A DNA stretch of 64,000 nt, taken from assembly GCA_964420115.1 (NCBI GenBank), contig CAYQQO010000002.1, forward strand, positions 726 to 64,725. The letters are read 5' to 3'. Every line of letters starts with the position of its first letter. Within the stretch, counting starts at the first letter, position 1. This DNA comes from an uncultured Candidatus Saccharibacteria bacterium (GTDB lineage Bacteria > Patescibacteriota > Minisyncoccia > Portnoybacterales > UBA2143). Below, piece after piece: positions 47,402-57,102 of the stretch. Under the pieces are notes generated by a model. The model searched no databases, was not told the DNA's origin, and saw nothing but the letters and a program-made list of their open reading frames with translations. Position numbers and translations under genes: made by a program.

Positions 47402-50077
47402 ATGATTAAAAAGAAAGCGTGGCATAGTTTTTCTATTAAAAAAACGCTTAGGGAAATAGATTCGCGGTCAACCGGCCTGACAGAAAAAGAAGCGAAAGAA
47501 AGATTGAAAAAGTTTGGATTAAACACCCTTCCTCAAGAAAAACCGCCATCCAAATTTAAATTATTTTTCAACCAAATTAAAAGCCCGTTAATTTATATTC
47601 TTCTTATCGCCGGCATAGTTACTCTGGTTTTAGGAGAATATACCGACTCTATCGTCATCTTTGGCGCGGTTTTTTTAAATACTATTGTCGGTTATTTTCA
47701 GGAAAAAAAAGCTAACCAAGCCCTAAGAGAACTAAAGAGAGTATTGCAAACAAAAGTCATTCTTCACCGTAGCGGGAGGCAAAAAGAAGTTTTGCAAAAA
47801 GATGTGGCTCTCGGCGATATAGTTTTTTTAAGAGCCGGCAACAAAGCGCCGGCTGATTGCAGAATTATACAAGCACATAATTTAAAAATAAATGAAGCGG
47901 CGCTGACTGGCGAATGGCTTCCGGCAACCAAAAAAACAGAAGAGATGCCGCCGGATGCAACTTTAGCTGACAGAGATAATATGGCTTTTATGGGGACTGT
48001 TGTTGAAAGCGGCTGGGGCAAGGCGGTAGTTGTTTCAACCGGCATTAAAACAGCTATTGGCGAAGTAGCTAAAATTCTCAAAGAGGAAAAAGAAAAAAGA
48101 ACCCCATATCAAAAAAAGCTATCCCGCTTTAGCAAAGTTCTTGGATTAATTATTGTTGTTATTTCTTTGGCAATTTTTATTGAAGGTATTTTAGCAGGCG
48201 TTCGCTTTGTTGAAATGTTTGCCATATCAGTGGCAGTGGCAGTGGCGGCTATCCCCGAAGGTCTGCCTGTGGCTATGACAGTAATATTGGCCATTGGCAT
48301 GGAGAGGATTTTAAAAAGAAAGGGGTTAGTTAGAAAACTTGCCTCGGCCGAAACACTGGGGAGTACATCAATTATTTTAACCGACAAAACAGGCACTTTA
48401 ACAGAGGCAAAAATGAGGATAGCTGGTATTTTCACCGGGACAAAAGAACTGCTCAATGATGGATATAAATTTGATAAAAAAATTGCCAAAGATAGTAAAG
48501 ATTCTCATATGCAGGCCTTAAGAATAGCCACTTTATGCAACGAATCATTTATTGAAAATTTTGAAGACCCGACAGAAAAATGGATTATCCGCGGGAGGCC
48601 GACAGAAAAAGCGCTCCTTTTGGGGGGGATTCAGGCCGGGCTTTCCAGAAAAGAGCTGTTAAAAGAACAGCCCATTATTGATCATTTACTCTTTGACCCG
48701 GGTTATCAGTACGCTATGAGCCTGCACAAATTAAACAAAGAAAAAAACGCTCTTTATATAGTTGGTTCTCCTGACAAGCTCTTAGAAATGTCTTCTTGTC
48801 TTTATAATGACGGAAAAAAAGAAAAGCTTCTTTTGTCTGATTTTGAAAAATTAAAAGAAAAATATAATCAACTCACCCAAGATGGTTTGCGTGTTTTAGC
48901 CGCTGGCTACCGTGAGACAAAAGATAAAGAAATAAACAGAAAAAAGGAGGAAAAAAACAAATCAATGGTTTTTGTCGGTTTTCTTGCTCTTCATGATCCT
49001 ATCAGAAAAGGGACTAAAGAGGTAATGGAAATATGCCGCAAAGCAGGGATGAAGCCGATTATTCTTACTGGCGACCATAAGTTAACAGCTTTAGCAGTGG
49101 CGAACAAGCTTGGTTTTAAAATTAAGGAGAAGAACGTTTTAGAAGGAAAAGACCTTTATAATATATCAGATAAAAATTTAATAAAGAAAATAAAGGATAT
49201 CCATGTTTTTGCCAGAGTGGAACCAACCCATAAATTAAGGGTTGTCCAGGCCTGGCAGGGAAAAGGCGAGGTTGTTGCCATGACAGGAGACGGCATCAAC
49301 GACGCCCCAGCATTAAAAAGAGCTGATATCGGGTTGGCTCTGGGGTCCGGCACTGATGTGGCGAAAGAATCATCTGATTTAGTTCTTTTGAATGATAATT
49401 TTAGTATTATTGTTGCTGCTGTAGAAGAGGGGAGAGCTATTATTGATAATATTAGGAAAGTAATAACATACTTGCTTTCTGACAGCTTTGCTGAAGTAAC
49501 TTTAATTGGTGTTAGTTTGCTTTTAGGATGGCCCTTGCCGGTTTTAGCTGTACAAATTTTATGGGTTAATTTAATTGAAGACGGGCCAATGGGTATTGCT
49601 TTGGCTTTTGAGCCGAAAGAAAAAGATATAATGAAGCAGAAGCCGAAAAGCTATAGTTTATTTCTTTTAAACAAAGAAATGAAAACATTAATATTTATTA
49701 TTGGCTTTATAACGAACTTTTTGCTTTTAGGGCTCTTTTTCTATTTATTAAAATACAGTAATTATGAAATAGAGCATATTCGTTCTATTGTTTTTGCCGG
49801 CTTAACAATTAGTTCCTTATTCTATATTTTTTCCTGTAAAAGCCTAAGAAGAAATTTGTGGAAAATTAATCTTTTATCTAATAAATTTATGATTTACGCT
49901 TGGTTTTTTGGTATAGTTATGCTTGTTTCGGCCTTTTATCTGCCAATTTTCCAAACACTTTTAAAAACCGTTCCTTTAAATTTATTTGATTGGGGATTAA
50001 TTTTGGGCTTGGGTATTATAAATGCAATCCTTATTGAATTAACTAAATATTATTTTATTGCCAGACGCCAAACATAA
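47402..50077 (+). CDS. Cation-translocating P-type ATPase, type II (Ca2+-ATPase-like)
   Basis: IPEGL, DKTGTLT, TGDH, MTGDGINDAPALK. Confidence 0.95.
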   Translation: MIKKKAWHSFSIKKTLREIDSRSTGLTEKEAKERLKKFGLNTLPQEKPPSKFKLFFNQIKSPLIYILLIAGIVTLVLGEYTDSIVIFGAVFLNTIVGYFQEKKANQALRELKRVLQTKVILHRSGRQKEVLQKDVALGDIVFLRAGNKAPADCRIIQAHNLKINEAALTGEWLPATKKTEEMPPDATLADRDNMAFMGTVVESGWGKAVVVSTGIKTAIGEVAKILKEEKEKRTPYQKKLSRFSKVLGLIIVVISLAIFIEGILAGVRFVEMFAISVAVAVAAIPEGLPVAMTVILAIGMERILKRKGLVRKLASAETLGSTSIILTDKTGTLTEAKMRIAGIFTGTKELLNDGYKFDKKIAKDSKDSHMQALRIATLCNESFIENFEDPTEKWIIRGRPTEKALLLGGIQAGLSRKELLKEQPIIDHLLFDPGYQYAMSLHKLNKEKNALYIVGSPDKLLEMSSCLYNDGKKEKLLLSDFEKLKEKYNQLTQDGLRVLAAGYRETKDKEINRKKEEKNKSMVFVGFLALHDPIRKGTKEVMEICRKAGMKPIILTGDHKLTALAVANKLGFKIKEKNVLEGKDLYNISDKNLIKKIKDIHVFARVEPTHKLRVVQAWQGKGEVVAMTGDGINDAPALKRADIGLALGSGTDVAKESSDLVLLNDNFSIIVAAVEEGRAIIDNIRKVITYLLSDSFAEVTLIGVSLLLGWPLPVLAVQILWVNLIEDGPMGIALAFEPKEKDIMKQKPKSYSLFLLNKEMKTLIFIIGFITNFLLLGLFFYLLKYSNYEIEHIRSIVFAGLTISSLFYIFSCKSLRRNLWKINLLSNKFMIYAWFFGIVMLVSAFYLPIFQTLLKTVPLNLFDWGLILGLGIINAILIELTKYYFIARRQT

Positions 50078-50080
50078 AAA

Positions 50081-51031
50081 ATGTTTTTTCATCTTTTTAT
50101 TTTCATTCTTTCATTTATTATTCTGGCTCTTTCCAGCGGCTGGTTGGTAAAATCACTTTCTAAAGTGGCTAGCTTTTTAAGCTGGAAAGAATTTGTTGTT
50201 GCTTTTTTTACTATGGCTTTAGCCGGGGCTATTCCTAACTTATCAGTCGGCATTAGTTCTGCTCTCCATAAAATTCCCCATCTTTCTTTCAGCGAAATTT
50301 TAGGCGGCAATATTGTTGATTTAACATTAGCCGTTGCTTTAGCAACATTAGTTTCAAAAAAAGGCCTAACGCTCCCAAGTAAAACAGTCCAAGGAAGCGG
50401 TATTTTTACCCTTATTATTGCCCTTCTGCCTTTAGTTTTAGTTTCTGACGGAAAATTATCCCAGACAGACGGCTTAGCTTTAATTTTAGTTTTTCTCTTA
50501 TATATTTACTGGCTTTTCTATAAAAAAGAAAGATTTTCTAAAGCGTATAATGCAACCAAAGAAAAAGTAACTTTAAAAGGAATATTTAGAAATGTCGGTT
50601 TGATGTTTTTATCTTTGTTTCTGCTTCTTTTAGCCGCAGAAGGGATTGTCCGATCAGCTACTTTTTTTTCCGAGCTTTGGGGATTGCCCTTGGCTTTAAT
50701 CGGTCTTTTGGTAGTTGGTTTAGGCAACGCTTCGCCGGAGATTTTTTTTGCTATTCAGGCGGCTAAAAAGGAGGAAGATTGGCTAACAGCGGGGGATTTA
50801 ATGGGGTCGGTTATTGTCACGGCTAGCTTAGTTTTAGGCATTGTTGCTGTGATTGAGCCGGTTAGTATCGCTAATGTTTCTCCTTTTGTTATAGCTAGAT
50901 TCTTTTTGGTTATTTCAGCTGTCTTTTTTCTTTTATTTATGAGAACAGGCAAGAGTATTACTAAAAAAGAAGCTATTTTTTTATTGTTTATCTATTTATC
51001 CTTTATCGCGGCAGAAGTTTTGTTTAGCTAA
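50081..51031 (+). CDS. CaCA-family sodium/calcium exchanger-like antiporter
   Basis: Two five-TM halves with degenerate alpha repeats (ALAGAIPN..ILGGN; GLGNASPE..LMGS). Confidence 0.82.
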   Translation: MFFHLFIFILSFIILALSSGWLVKSLSKVASFLSWKEFVVAFFTMALAGAIPNLSVGISSALHKIPHLSFSEILGGNIVDLTLAVALATLVSKKGLTLPSKTVQGSGIFTLIIALLPLVLVSDGKLSQTDGLALILVFLLYIYWLFYKKERFSKAYNATKEKVTLKGIFRNVGLMFLSLFLLLLAAEGIVRSATFFSELWGLPLALIGLLVVGLGNASPEIFFAIQAAKKEEDWLTAGDLMGSVIVTASLVLGIVAVIEPVSIANVSPFVIARFFLVISAVFFLLFMRTGKSITKKEAIFLLFIYLSFIAAEVLFS

Positions 51032-51105
51032 ATTTATCCCAATCCATATTGACAGAACAGCATACCCTATGCTATTAGGTTCTATATCTGAGCCGCCGAA
51101 GAATT

Positions 51106-51137
51106 AAAAGGGATAGAAATGGAATCTATCCCTTTTT
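51106..51137 (+). terminator. Intrinsic terminator
   Basis: AAAAGGGATAGA-loop-TCTATCCCTTTTT. Confidence 0.75.
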
Positions 51138-51177
51138 GATTTGCCTCATTAATGCTTTTTATGCTAAATTATACCTA

Positions 51178-52221
51178 ATGCAGGATGCGCTTATTCCTCT
51201 TTTAATTTTAATTTTTATCGCCTTGGGGGTAATAGTTTTTTTATTACTGCGGAAAAAAGACAATAACGCTGACAACCAGTCAGTTTTAATGCTCCAAGAG
51301 CAGATAAACCAATTAAGCCAAGTTTTAGACAGTAAATTATCTGATTCAACAAAGGCAATTCAGACTCAGTTTAGCCAGAGCGCTAAAATTGTCAGAGATG
51401 TAACAGAGAGATTGACTAAACTTGATGATACCAACAAACAAGTAGTCGGCTTTGCCCAGCAATTGCAATCATTGGAAAATATCTTGAAAAATCCCAAGCA
51501 ACGTGGTATTTTAGGAGAGTATTATTTAGAAACTGCTTTAAAAAATATACTGCCGCCAAACGCTTATCAACTGCAGTATGAATTTGATGACGGCGATATT
51601 GTTGACGCGGTCATTTTTGTTAAAGATAAAATTATTCCTATTGATTCCAAGTTTTCCTTAGAGAACTACAACAGGATTGTTCAAGAGGGGAGTGAATCAG
51701 AAAAACAACAGCTGGAAAAGCAGTTTAAAATAGATTTAAAAAACAGAATTGACGAGACAGCAAAATATATTAAGCCCAGCAAAGGAACGGTTGATTTTGC
51801 CTTAATGTTTATTCCATCAGAGTCCATTTATTATGATTTGCTGATAAGTAAAATAGGGACAATAAAAGTTAATACCAGAGATTTAATAGAATACGCTGTC
51901 AGAGATAAAAGAGTAATGATTGTTTCTCCTAATTCCTTCCACGCTTATTTACAAACAATTTTACAAGGGCTAAAAGCTCTTCAAATTGAAGAATCAGCCA
52001 AAGAAATTAGAAGGGGAGTGGAAATGCTTGACCGCCATTTAAAAAGCTATGGCGATTATTGGAGGAAAGTCGGCAATAATTTATCAACTACGGTTAATAT
52101 GTATAATCAAACTAACAAAGAATGGAGTAAAATTGGAAAAGATGTGACTAAAATAACAGAAAAAGAGGCAGAAATGCTGGAAGGGGAAATGAAGGAAGTA
52201 GATAAACCAAAAATAGAGTAA
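51178..52221 (+). CDS. rmuC: DNA recombination protein RmuC
   Basis: N-terminal TM, KQRGILGE, IDSKF, KYI, DFALMFIPSE. Confidence 0.93.
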   Translation: MQDALIPLLILIFIALGVIVFLLLRKKDNNADNQSVLMLQEQINQLSQVLDSKLSDSTKAIQTQFSQSAKIVRDVTERLTKLDDTNKQVVGFAQQLQSLENILKNPKQRGILGEYYLETALKNILPPNAYQLQYEFDDGDIVDAVIFVKDKIIPIDSKFSLENYNRIVQEGSESEKQQLEKQFKIDLKNRIDETAKYIKPSKGTVDFALMFIPSESIYYDLLISKIGTIKVNTRDLIEYAVRDKRVMIVSPNSFHAYLQTILQGLKALQIEESAKEIRRGVEMLDRHLKSYGDYWRKVGNNLSTTVNMYNQTNKEWSKIGKDVTKITEKEAEMLEGEMKEVDKPKIE

Positions 52222-52225
52222 AAAT

Positions 52226-52558
52226 ATGTTGGCAGTAATTAAAACAGGCGGAAAACAATATTTAGTTTCGCCAAAAGATAAAATTAAAATAGAAAAACTG
52301 GATGCCGAAGAGGGCAAAGAAATAAACTTTAGCGAGGTTTTGTTAATTTCCAAAGGAAAGACAATAAAAATTGGCTATCCCTTAGTTAAAGGCGCCAAAG
52401 TTAAAGCAAAAGTAATAAAGCAGGACAGAGCTAAAAAAATAATTATTTATAAATACAAAGCTAAAAAACGCTACAAAGTAAAAAAAGGCCATCGCCAGCC
52501 CTTTACCGAAGTAGAAATATTAAATATTTTATCTTCTCCCCAAAAAAGCGCTAGTTAG
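52226..52558 (+). CDS. rplU: 50S ribosomal protein L21
   Basis: AVIKTGGKQY, KKGHRQPFT. Confidence 0.97.
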   Translation: MLAVIKTGGKQYLVSPKDKIKIEKLDAEEGKEINFSEVLLISKGKTIKIGYPLVKGAKVKAKVIKQDRAKKIIIYKYKAKKRYKVKKGHRQPFTEVEILNILSSPQKSAS

Positions 52559-53128
52559 GGTGTTTTCATCAAGGTATTCCAAGTCACTGCCGGTAGATAA
52601 GCCGCGAGCCAAGCGGCTTATTTTTGTCCCCGAGGACTTTAATAAGCGTTCAATATAAAAGGTGGTAGTATCTCCCTCTGTTGTCGGGGAAAGAGCAAAA
52701 ATTATTTCTTTTGTAAGAGGCTGTTTTTTCTCAATGCGGCTGGCCAATTCTTTAATTTTTAAATCATTGGGGCCAATACCGCTTGACGGAGAAATTAACC
52801 CGCCTAAAACATGATAAAGGCCGTTGTATTGTTTTGTTCTTTCAATAGGCGGAATATTTAAAACATTTTCCACCAGACATATTATTGAGTTATCTCTTTT
52901 TTTGTCTTGGCAGACAGAACAAAGCTGATTTTCTTTTTCAGCTATATTAAAACAATTACGGCAAAGTTGGATTTGCCCTTTAATTTCTTTGATTGAGCCA
53001 GCTAAAAGATTTAATTCTTTCTGGTCTTGGTTAAGCAGAAAAAAAACAAGCCGGGCAGCCGCTCTGGGACCGATATCAGGCAGTTTTGATAATTGGTTGA
53101 TTAAGTTTTGGATTGATTGAGGAAACAT
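52529..53128 (-). CDS. recR: Recombination mediator RecR
   Basis: LPDIGPRAA, CRNC..CSVC, YHVLGG, EGDTT, LEYLD. Confidence 0.96.
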   Translation of the reverse strand: MFPQSIQNLINQLSKLPDIGPRAAARLVFFLLNQDQKELNLLAGSIKEIKGQIQLCRNCFNIAEKENQLCSVCQDKKRDNSIICLVENVLNIPPIERTKQYNGLYHVLGGLISPSSGIGPNDLKIKELASRIEKKQPLTKEIIFALSPTTEGDTTTFYIERLLKSSGTKISRLARGLSTGSDLEYLDENTLTSAFLGRR

Positions 53129-54504
53129 TATTCTTCAATATGCCTTTCTAAATTTTTAAAGCTAACTTGGCTCTCATTAAAGTATAGTTCAACTTTGCCA
53201 ATGGGTCCGTTTCTGTGTTTGGCAATAATGACATCGGCAACATTTTTTCTTTCTGTATTAGGCCTGTCTTTGTCTTCTCTATAGATAAACAAGACAACGT
53301 CGCTGTCTTGCTCAATGCTCCCGGAGTCGCGCAAGTCAGAAAGTTTAGGAATAGATGGAGAGCGGGATTCCACTGCTCGGGAAAGCTGGGAAAGAGCCAA
53401 AACAGGAATACTTAATTCGCGGGCCAAGGTTTTCAGGCCGCGGGAAATTTCTGTCACTTGCTGGACAGGAGAATCGCTGGGATTTCTCGGCTGTATCATT
53501 TGCAAATAGTCAATAACAATTAATCCCAAATTATGTTCTGCCTGCAGGCGTCTAGCCATTGCCCTCATATGTAAAACCGTTGCTGAAGGAGTGTCGTCTA
53601 TAAAAAGGGAAGCGGCAGACAGTTCATCCATTGCCTGCTGGATGCGTTGGAAATCATTATCCGGTCCTTCTCCTGACAAACGCCCTGTTCTCATCCGCCA
53701 AGAATCAACTTCTGCTTGAGCGCAAATTAAACGATCAACTAGTTGTTCTTTTGACATTTCCAAACTGAAAAAACCAACTGGAATTTTGCTTTTTAAAGCA
53801 ATATTTCTGGCTAAATCAAGGGCTAGGGTTGTTTTGCCAAGGCTTGGTCGGGCGGCTAAAGTGATTAAGTCAGACGACTGGAACCCGGAAAGAAAATTAT
53901 CTAAATCAATAAAGCCAGTGGGAATACCGCGAGTTGCTTCATCACCTCTGTGAAGTTTGTCTATTCTTTCAAAAGCTTCTTCTAAAGCGTCTTTAATTTG
54001 TAGAAACTTCTTGCTAATTGAATCTTTTGAAATGGAAAATATTTTCTGTTCCGCTGTGTCAACCAGCGTTTCTACATCTTCTGTTTCCTGATAACTTAAT
54101 TCTGTAATTTGATGCGATGTTTCTATTAAATCCCGCAGTGTTTTTTTATGTTTGACAATTTTAGCATAATAGAGAATATGGGCGGCAGTCGGCACTGCGT
54201 TAACTAATTCTGTTAAATATCCACTTCCGCCAATTTCCTCCAAAACGCCCTTATCTTCCAAACGGCTGGTTAAGCTCAATAGATCAATTGGTTCGTTTTT
54301 CTCATAAAGATCTACCATTGCCTGATATATGCTGTTGTGTATCCCGCGGTAAAAATCTCCCGGCCTGATCATATCAATTATTTTAAAAACAGCTTCCTTA
54401 TCAAGCATAAGTGACCCGAGAACGCATTGTTCTGCCTCTATATTCTGCGGCGGCAAACGGCCTTCCGAACTGTCCGTTTTGTTTGTTTTTTTAAGATTTG
54501 GCAT
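53128..54504 (-). CDS. dnaB: Replicative DNA helicase
   Basis: PPQNIEAEQ, AARPSLGKT, IDYLQ, LSQLSR, DLRDSGSIEQD, KHRNGP. Confidence 0.98.
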   Translation of the reverse strand: MPNLKKTNKTDSSEGRLPPQNIEAEQCVLGSLMLDKEAVFKIIDMIRPGDFYRGIHNSIYQAMVDLYEKNEPIDLLSLTSRLEDKGVLEEIGGSGYLTELVNAVPTAAHILYYAKIVKHKKTLRDLIETSHQITELSYQETEDVETLVDTAEQKIFSISKDSISKKFLQIKDALEEAFERIDKLHRGDEATRGIPTGFIDLDNFLSGFQSSDLITLAARPSLGKTTLALDLARNIALKSKIPVGFFSLEMSKEQLVDRLICAQAEVDSWRMRTGRLSGEGPDNDFQRIQQAMDELSAASLFIDDTPSATVLHMRAMARRLQAEHNLGLIVIDYLQMIQPRNPSDSPVQQVTEISRGLKTLARELSIPVLALSQLSRAVESRSPSIPKLSDLRDSGSIEQDSDVVLFIYREDKDRPNTERKNVADVIIAKHRNGPIGKVELYFNESQVSFKNLERHIEE

Positions 54505-54582
54505 ATTAAGCACATTAAAAAGGAGGCGACCCTCCTATATTTTATCTAAACAAGAATTTACCCGCAAGAAGATATCTTGTGG

Positions 54583-55992
54583 TTATTTTGGGGAAATCTC
54601 CGGCCCTTTTTTAGTATCTTTTATCTTAAATCCTTTTTTAATAATTACTTCTCTAACTCTGTCTGATTCCTGCCAATTTTTGCTTTCTCTGGCTTTTTCT
54701 CTTTGTTGGGCCAGTTTTTTAATTTCTTGGGGAATAATAACTTTTTCTTTTTTTATTTTTTCTAATTTAAGGCCAAGAACTTTATCAAAATCCAGTATTG
54801 TTGCCAGTTTATCCTTATTTTTTATTTTTGATTTTAAAACTTCTTGTAAAACAACCAAGGTCTGCGGAGAATTAAAATCATCAGATATTTTTTCAGTAAA
54901 CTTCTCTTTGTATTCTTTATTGATCCTGCCCTTTTTAGCCCCTAATTGTCTGATTTCACCCCTTATCTTATTCAACCCCCTTTGAGCGGATTCCATAGCT
55001 CCCCATGTAAAATTTTGTTTAGAGCGATAATGGGCCTGCAGGAACAAATAGCGAAGAGAAAGGGAGTTAAATCCTTTTTCTTTTATACCGCTTAAGCTGT
55101 ATGTTGTCCCTTCTGATTTGGACATTTTTTTATTGTTAACCAGTAAATGCTCGTTATGAAGCCAGTAATTGACGAATTTTACTCCATTGGCAGATTCTGA
55201 TTGGGCTATTTCATTGGTGTGATGAACGGGGATATGTTCTATGCCACCCATATGAATATCAATGGTCCCCCCTAAATATTTTTTAGCCATTGTTGAACAT
55301 TCAATATGCCATCCAGGAAAGCCACTGCCCTTTGAAACTAAAGAAGAATTAAAAGGAGAGGGCCAGTACTGCAAAGCGTTTTTATGCTTTCCAGCTTTAA
55401 AGAACCAAAGGGCAAAATCAGCAGGATTTTTTTTGTCAGGATCTAAAACATCTCCCTTGCCCGCCCCTTTTATTTTCTCTTCAATCTTCTGGCCGGAAAG
55501 CTGGCTGTAATTTTTAACTTTGGAAGTGTCAAAGTAAACAGCTAATTGCGTAGTGTAGGCGGAACCTTTTCCCAAAAGAGTTTTAATCATTTTAATCATT
55601 TCATTGATGCATTCGGTAGCTTTTGGCTTGTATGTCGGCTCTAAAAAATTTAATTCCTTAGCGTCTTTTTCAAAAATTCTAATGTATTTTTGAGCAATTT
55701 CCCGTGGAGCCAATCCTTCCTTTCGCGCCGTCTTTTCTATTTTATCCTCTCCTTCATTTTCATCGCTTGTTAAATGTCCAACGTCAGTATAGTTTCTGGC
55801 AGATTTTACTTTGCATCCTAAATACTTTAGCGTTCTTATAATAAAATCGCCGCAAAAAAACCCGCGCATATTCCCGATATGCTGGGTCCAGTAAACCGTC
55901 GGCCCACAATGATAAAAGGTAACCAATCCCTTATCAATAGGGGAAAATTCCTCCTTCTGCCGAGTTAGAGTATTATATACCTTTAAAGCCAT
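54583..55992 (-). CDS. cysS: Cysteine--tRNA ligase
   Basis: CGPTVY, HIGN, PGWHIECS, HHTNE, KMSKS. Confidence 0.97.
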   Translation of the reverse strand: MALKVYNTLTRQKEEFSPIDKGLVTFYHCGPTVYWTQHIGNMRGFFCGDFIIRTLKYLGCKVKSARNYTDVGHLTSDENEGEDKIEKTARKEGLAPREIAQKYIRIFEKDAKELNFLEPTYKPKATECINEMIKMIKTLLGKGSAYTTQLAVYFDTSKVKNYSQLSGQKIEEKIKGAGKGDVLDPDKKNPADFALWFFKAGKHKNALQYWPSPFNSSLVSKGSGFPGWHIECSTMAKKYLGGTIDIHMGGIEHIPVHHTNEIAQSESANGVKFVNYWLHNEHLLVNNKKMSKSEGTTYSLSGIKEKGFNSLSLRYLFLQAHYRSKQNFTWGAMESAQRGLNKIRGEIRQLGAKKGRINKEYKEKFTEKISDDFNSPQTLVVLQEVLKSKIKNKDKLATILDFDKVLGLKLEKIKKEKVIIPQEIKKLAQQREKARESKNWQESDRVREVIIKKGFKIKDTKKGPEISPK

Positions 55993-56897
55993 TTTTTTCT
56001 CTTAAAATAGATAACCATAATTATGGTTACTATTGCCATGGCAATCAGAATTACCAACCAAGTATAGACATTCTCCCTGACAATAGGGATGTTATCAAAG
56101 ATGTTCATCCCAAAAAACCCAACTATAACGCTTAAAGGGAAGGTAATAAAAGAAACAACTGTTAGAATTTTAACAATATCGCTTAATTTATAGGAAAGAA
56201 GAGAATTATTGGTTTGGTCAATGGAATTTATTAATTCTTGATGATTTTCTAAAACGGTTAAAACGCGGCTGTTGGAGCCAACAACTTCTTTAACTAAGGG
56301 TTTTAGTTCTTGGTTAAAAAAACGAGGTGTTTTTTCTTCTAAAATTTCCAGCACTGTTGCTTGCGGCTTAACAGCTTTTCTAAAACCAATTAAATCTTTT
56401 TTAACCAGAGCAATTTGTGAAAGCATTTCTCTTTCTTTACCCTGAAATACTTTTTTTTCAATTTTATCAATCCTTTCTGAAATTTTATCTAAAAGAGGCA
56501 AACGAGCATCAATCAGCCAGTCTAAAAGACCTAAAAGCAAATGCCCATTGCTTTTGAAATGTTGATCGCGGTAATATGTTCTTTTTTTGCAATTATTAAA
56601 AAATTCTTCAAGAGCTGGAATTTTGCCGCTGTGGCTGGTGATTAAGGTGTTAGCAGTAATAATAAAATCTAATTCAACTAATTTTACCCCCTTTTTATCA
56701 GAATTAAGAATAGGGAATTGGAGGACTATAAATAGTTGTCCGGGATACTCTTCAATTTTTGGACGATGAACAGAGGGCAGAAGCTGGCGGATAATAAAAG
56801 GGTGGAGATGAAATCTCTCTTTAATTCCATTAAGATCTCTTTCTTTGGGGTTATTTATATCAATCCAGCTGATCCCATTATCAATAATTGTTTGCAT
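55983..56897 (-). CDS. corA: CorA family Mg2+ transporter
   Basis: RPKIEEY, ELDF, GFFGMN, two C-terminal TMs ending FKRKKWL. Confidence 0.93.
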   Translation of the reverse strand: MQTIIDNGISWIDINNPKERDLNGIKERFHLHPFIIRQLLPSVHRPKIEEYPGQLFIVLQFPILNSDKKGVKLVELDFIITANTLITSHSGKIPALEEFFNNCKKRTYYRDQHFKSNGHLLLGLLDWLIDARLPLLDKISERIDKIEKKVFQGKEREMLSQIALVKKDLIGFRKAVKPQATVLEILEEKTPRFFNQELKPLVKEVVGSNSRVLTVLENHQELINSIDQTNNSLLSYKLSDIVKILTVVSFITFPLSVIVGFFGMNIFDNIPIVRENVYTWLVILIAMAIVTIIMVIYFKRKKWL

Positions 56898-57102
56898 ATA
56901 TTTTTCTATTTAGGATCGCCTTAAACGAGCTTTTGCCGCTCAAAGCGCCCTCCTTTAATTAAAATAATATTTTACAAATCATTTACATTTTATCATATTT
57001 TGAGGAAAAGAGCCAAGTTTGCTGGAAAAATGAAGAAATAAAAGAGCCCAAGATATTTTCGTCTTGGGCCCAATAGGGTGCTTTTGGAGAAAGGGCGGAT
57101 GA

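Noticed and set aside
52529-52558. 30-nt convergent overlap of rplU and recR
   Set aside because: Short tail-to-tail overlaps are ordinary in compact genomes
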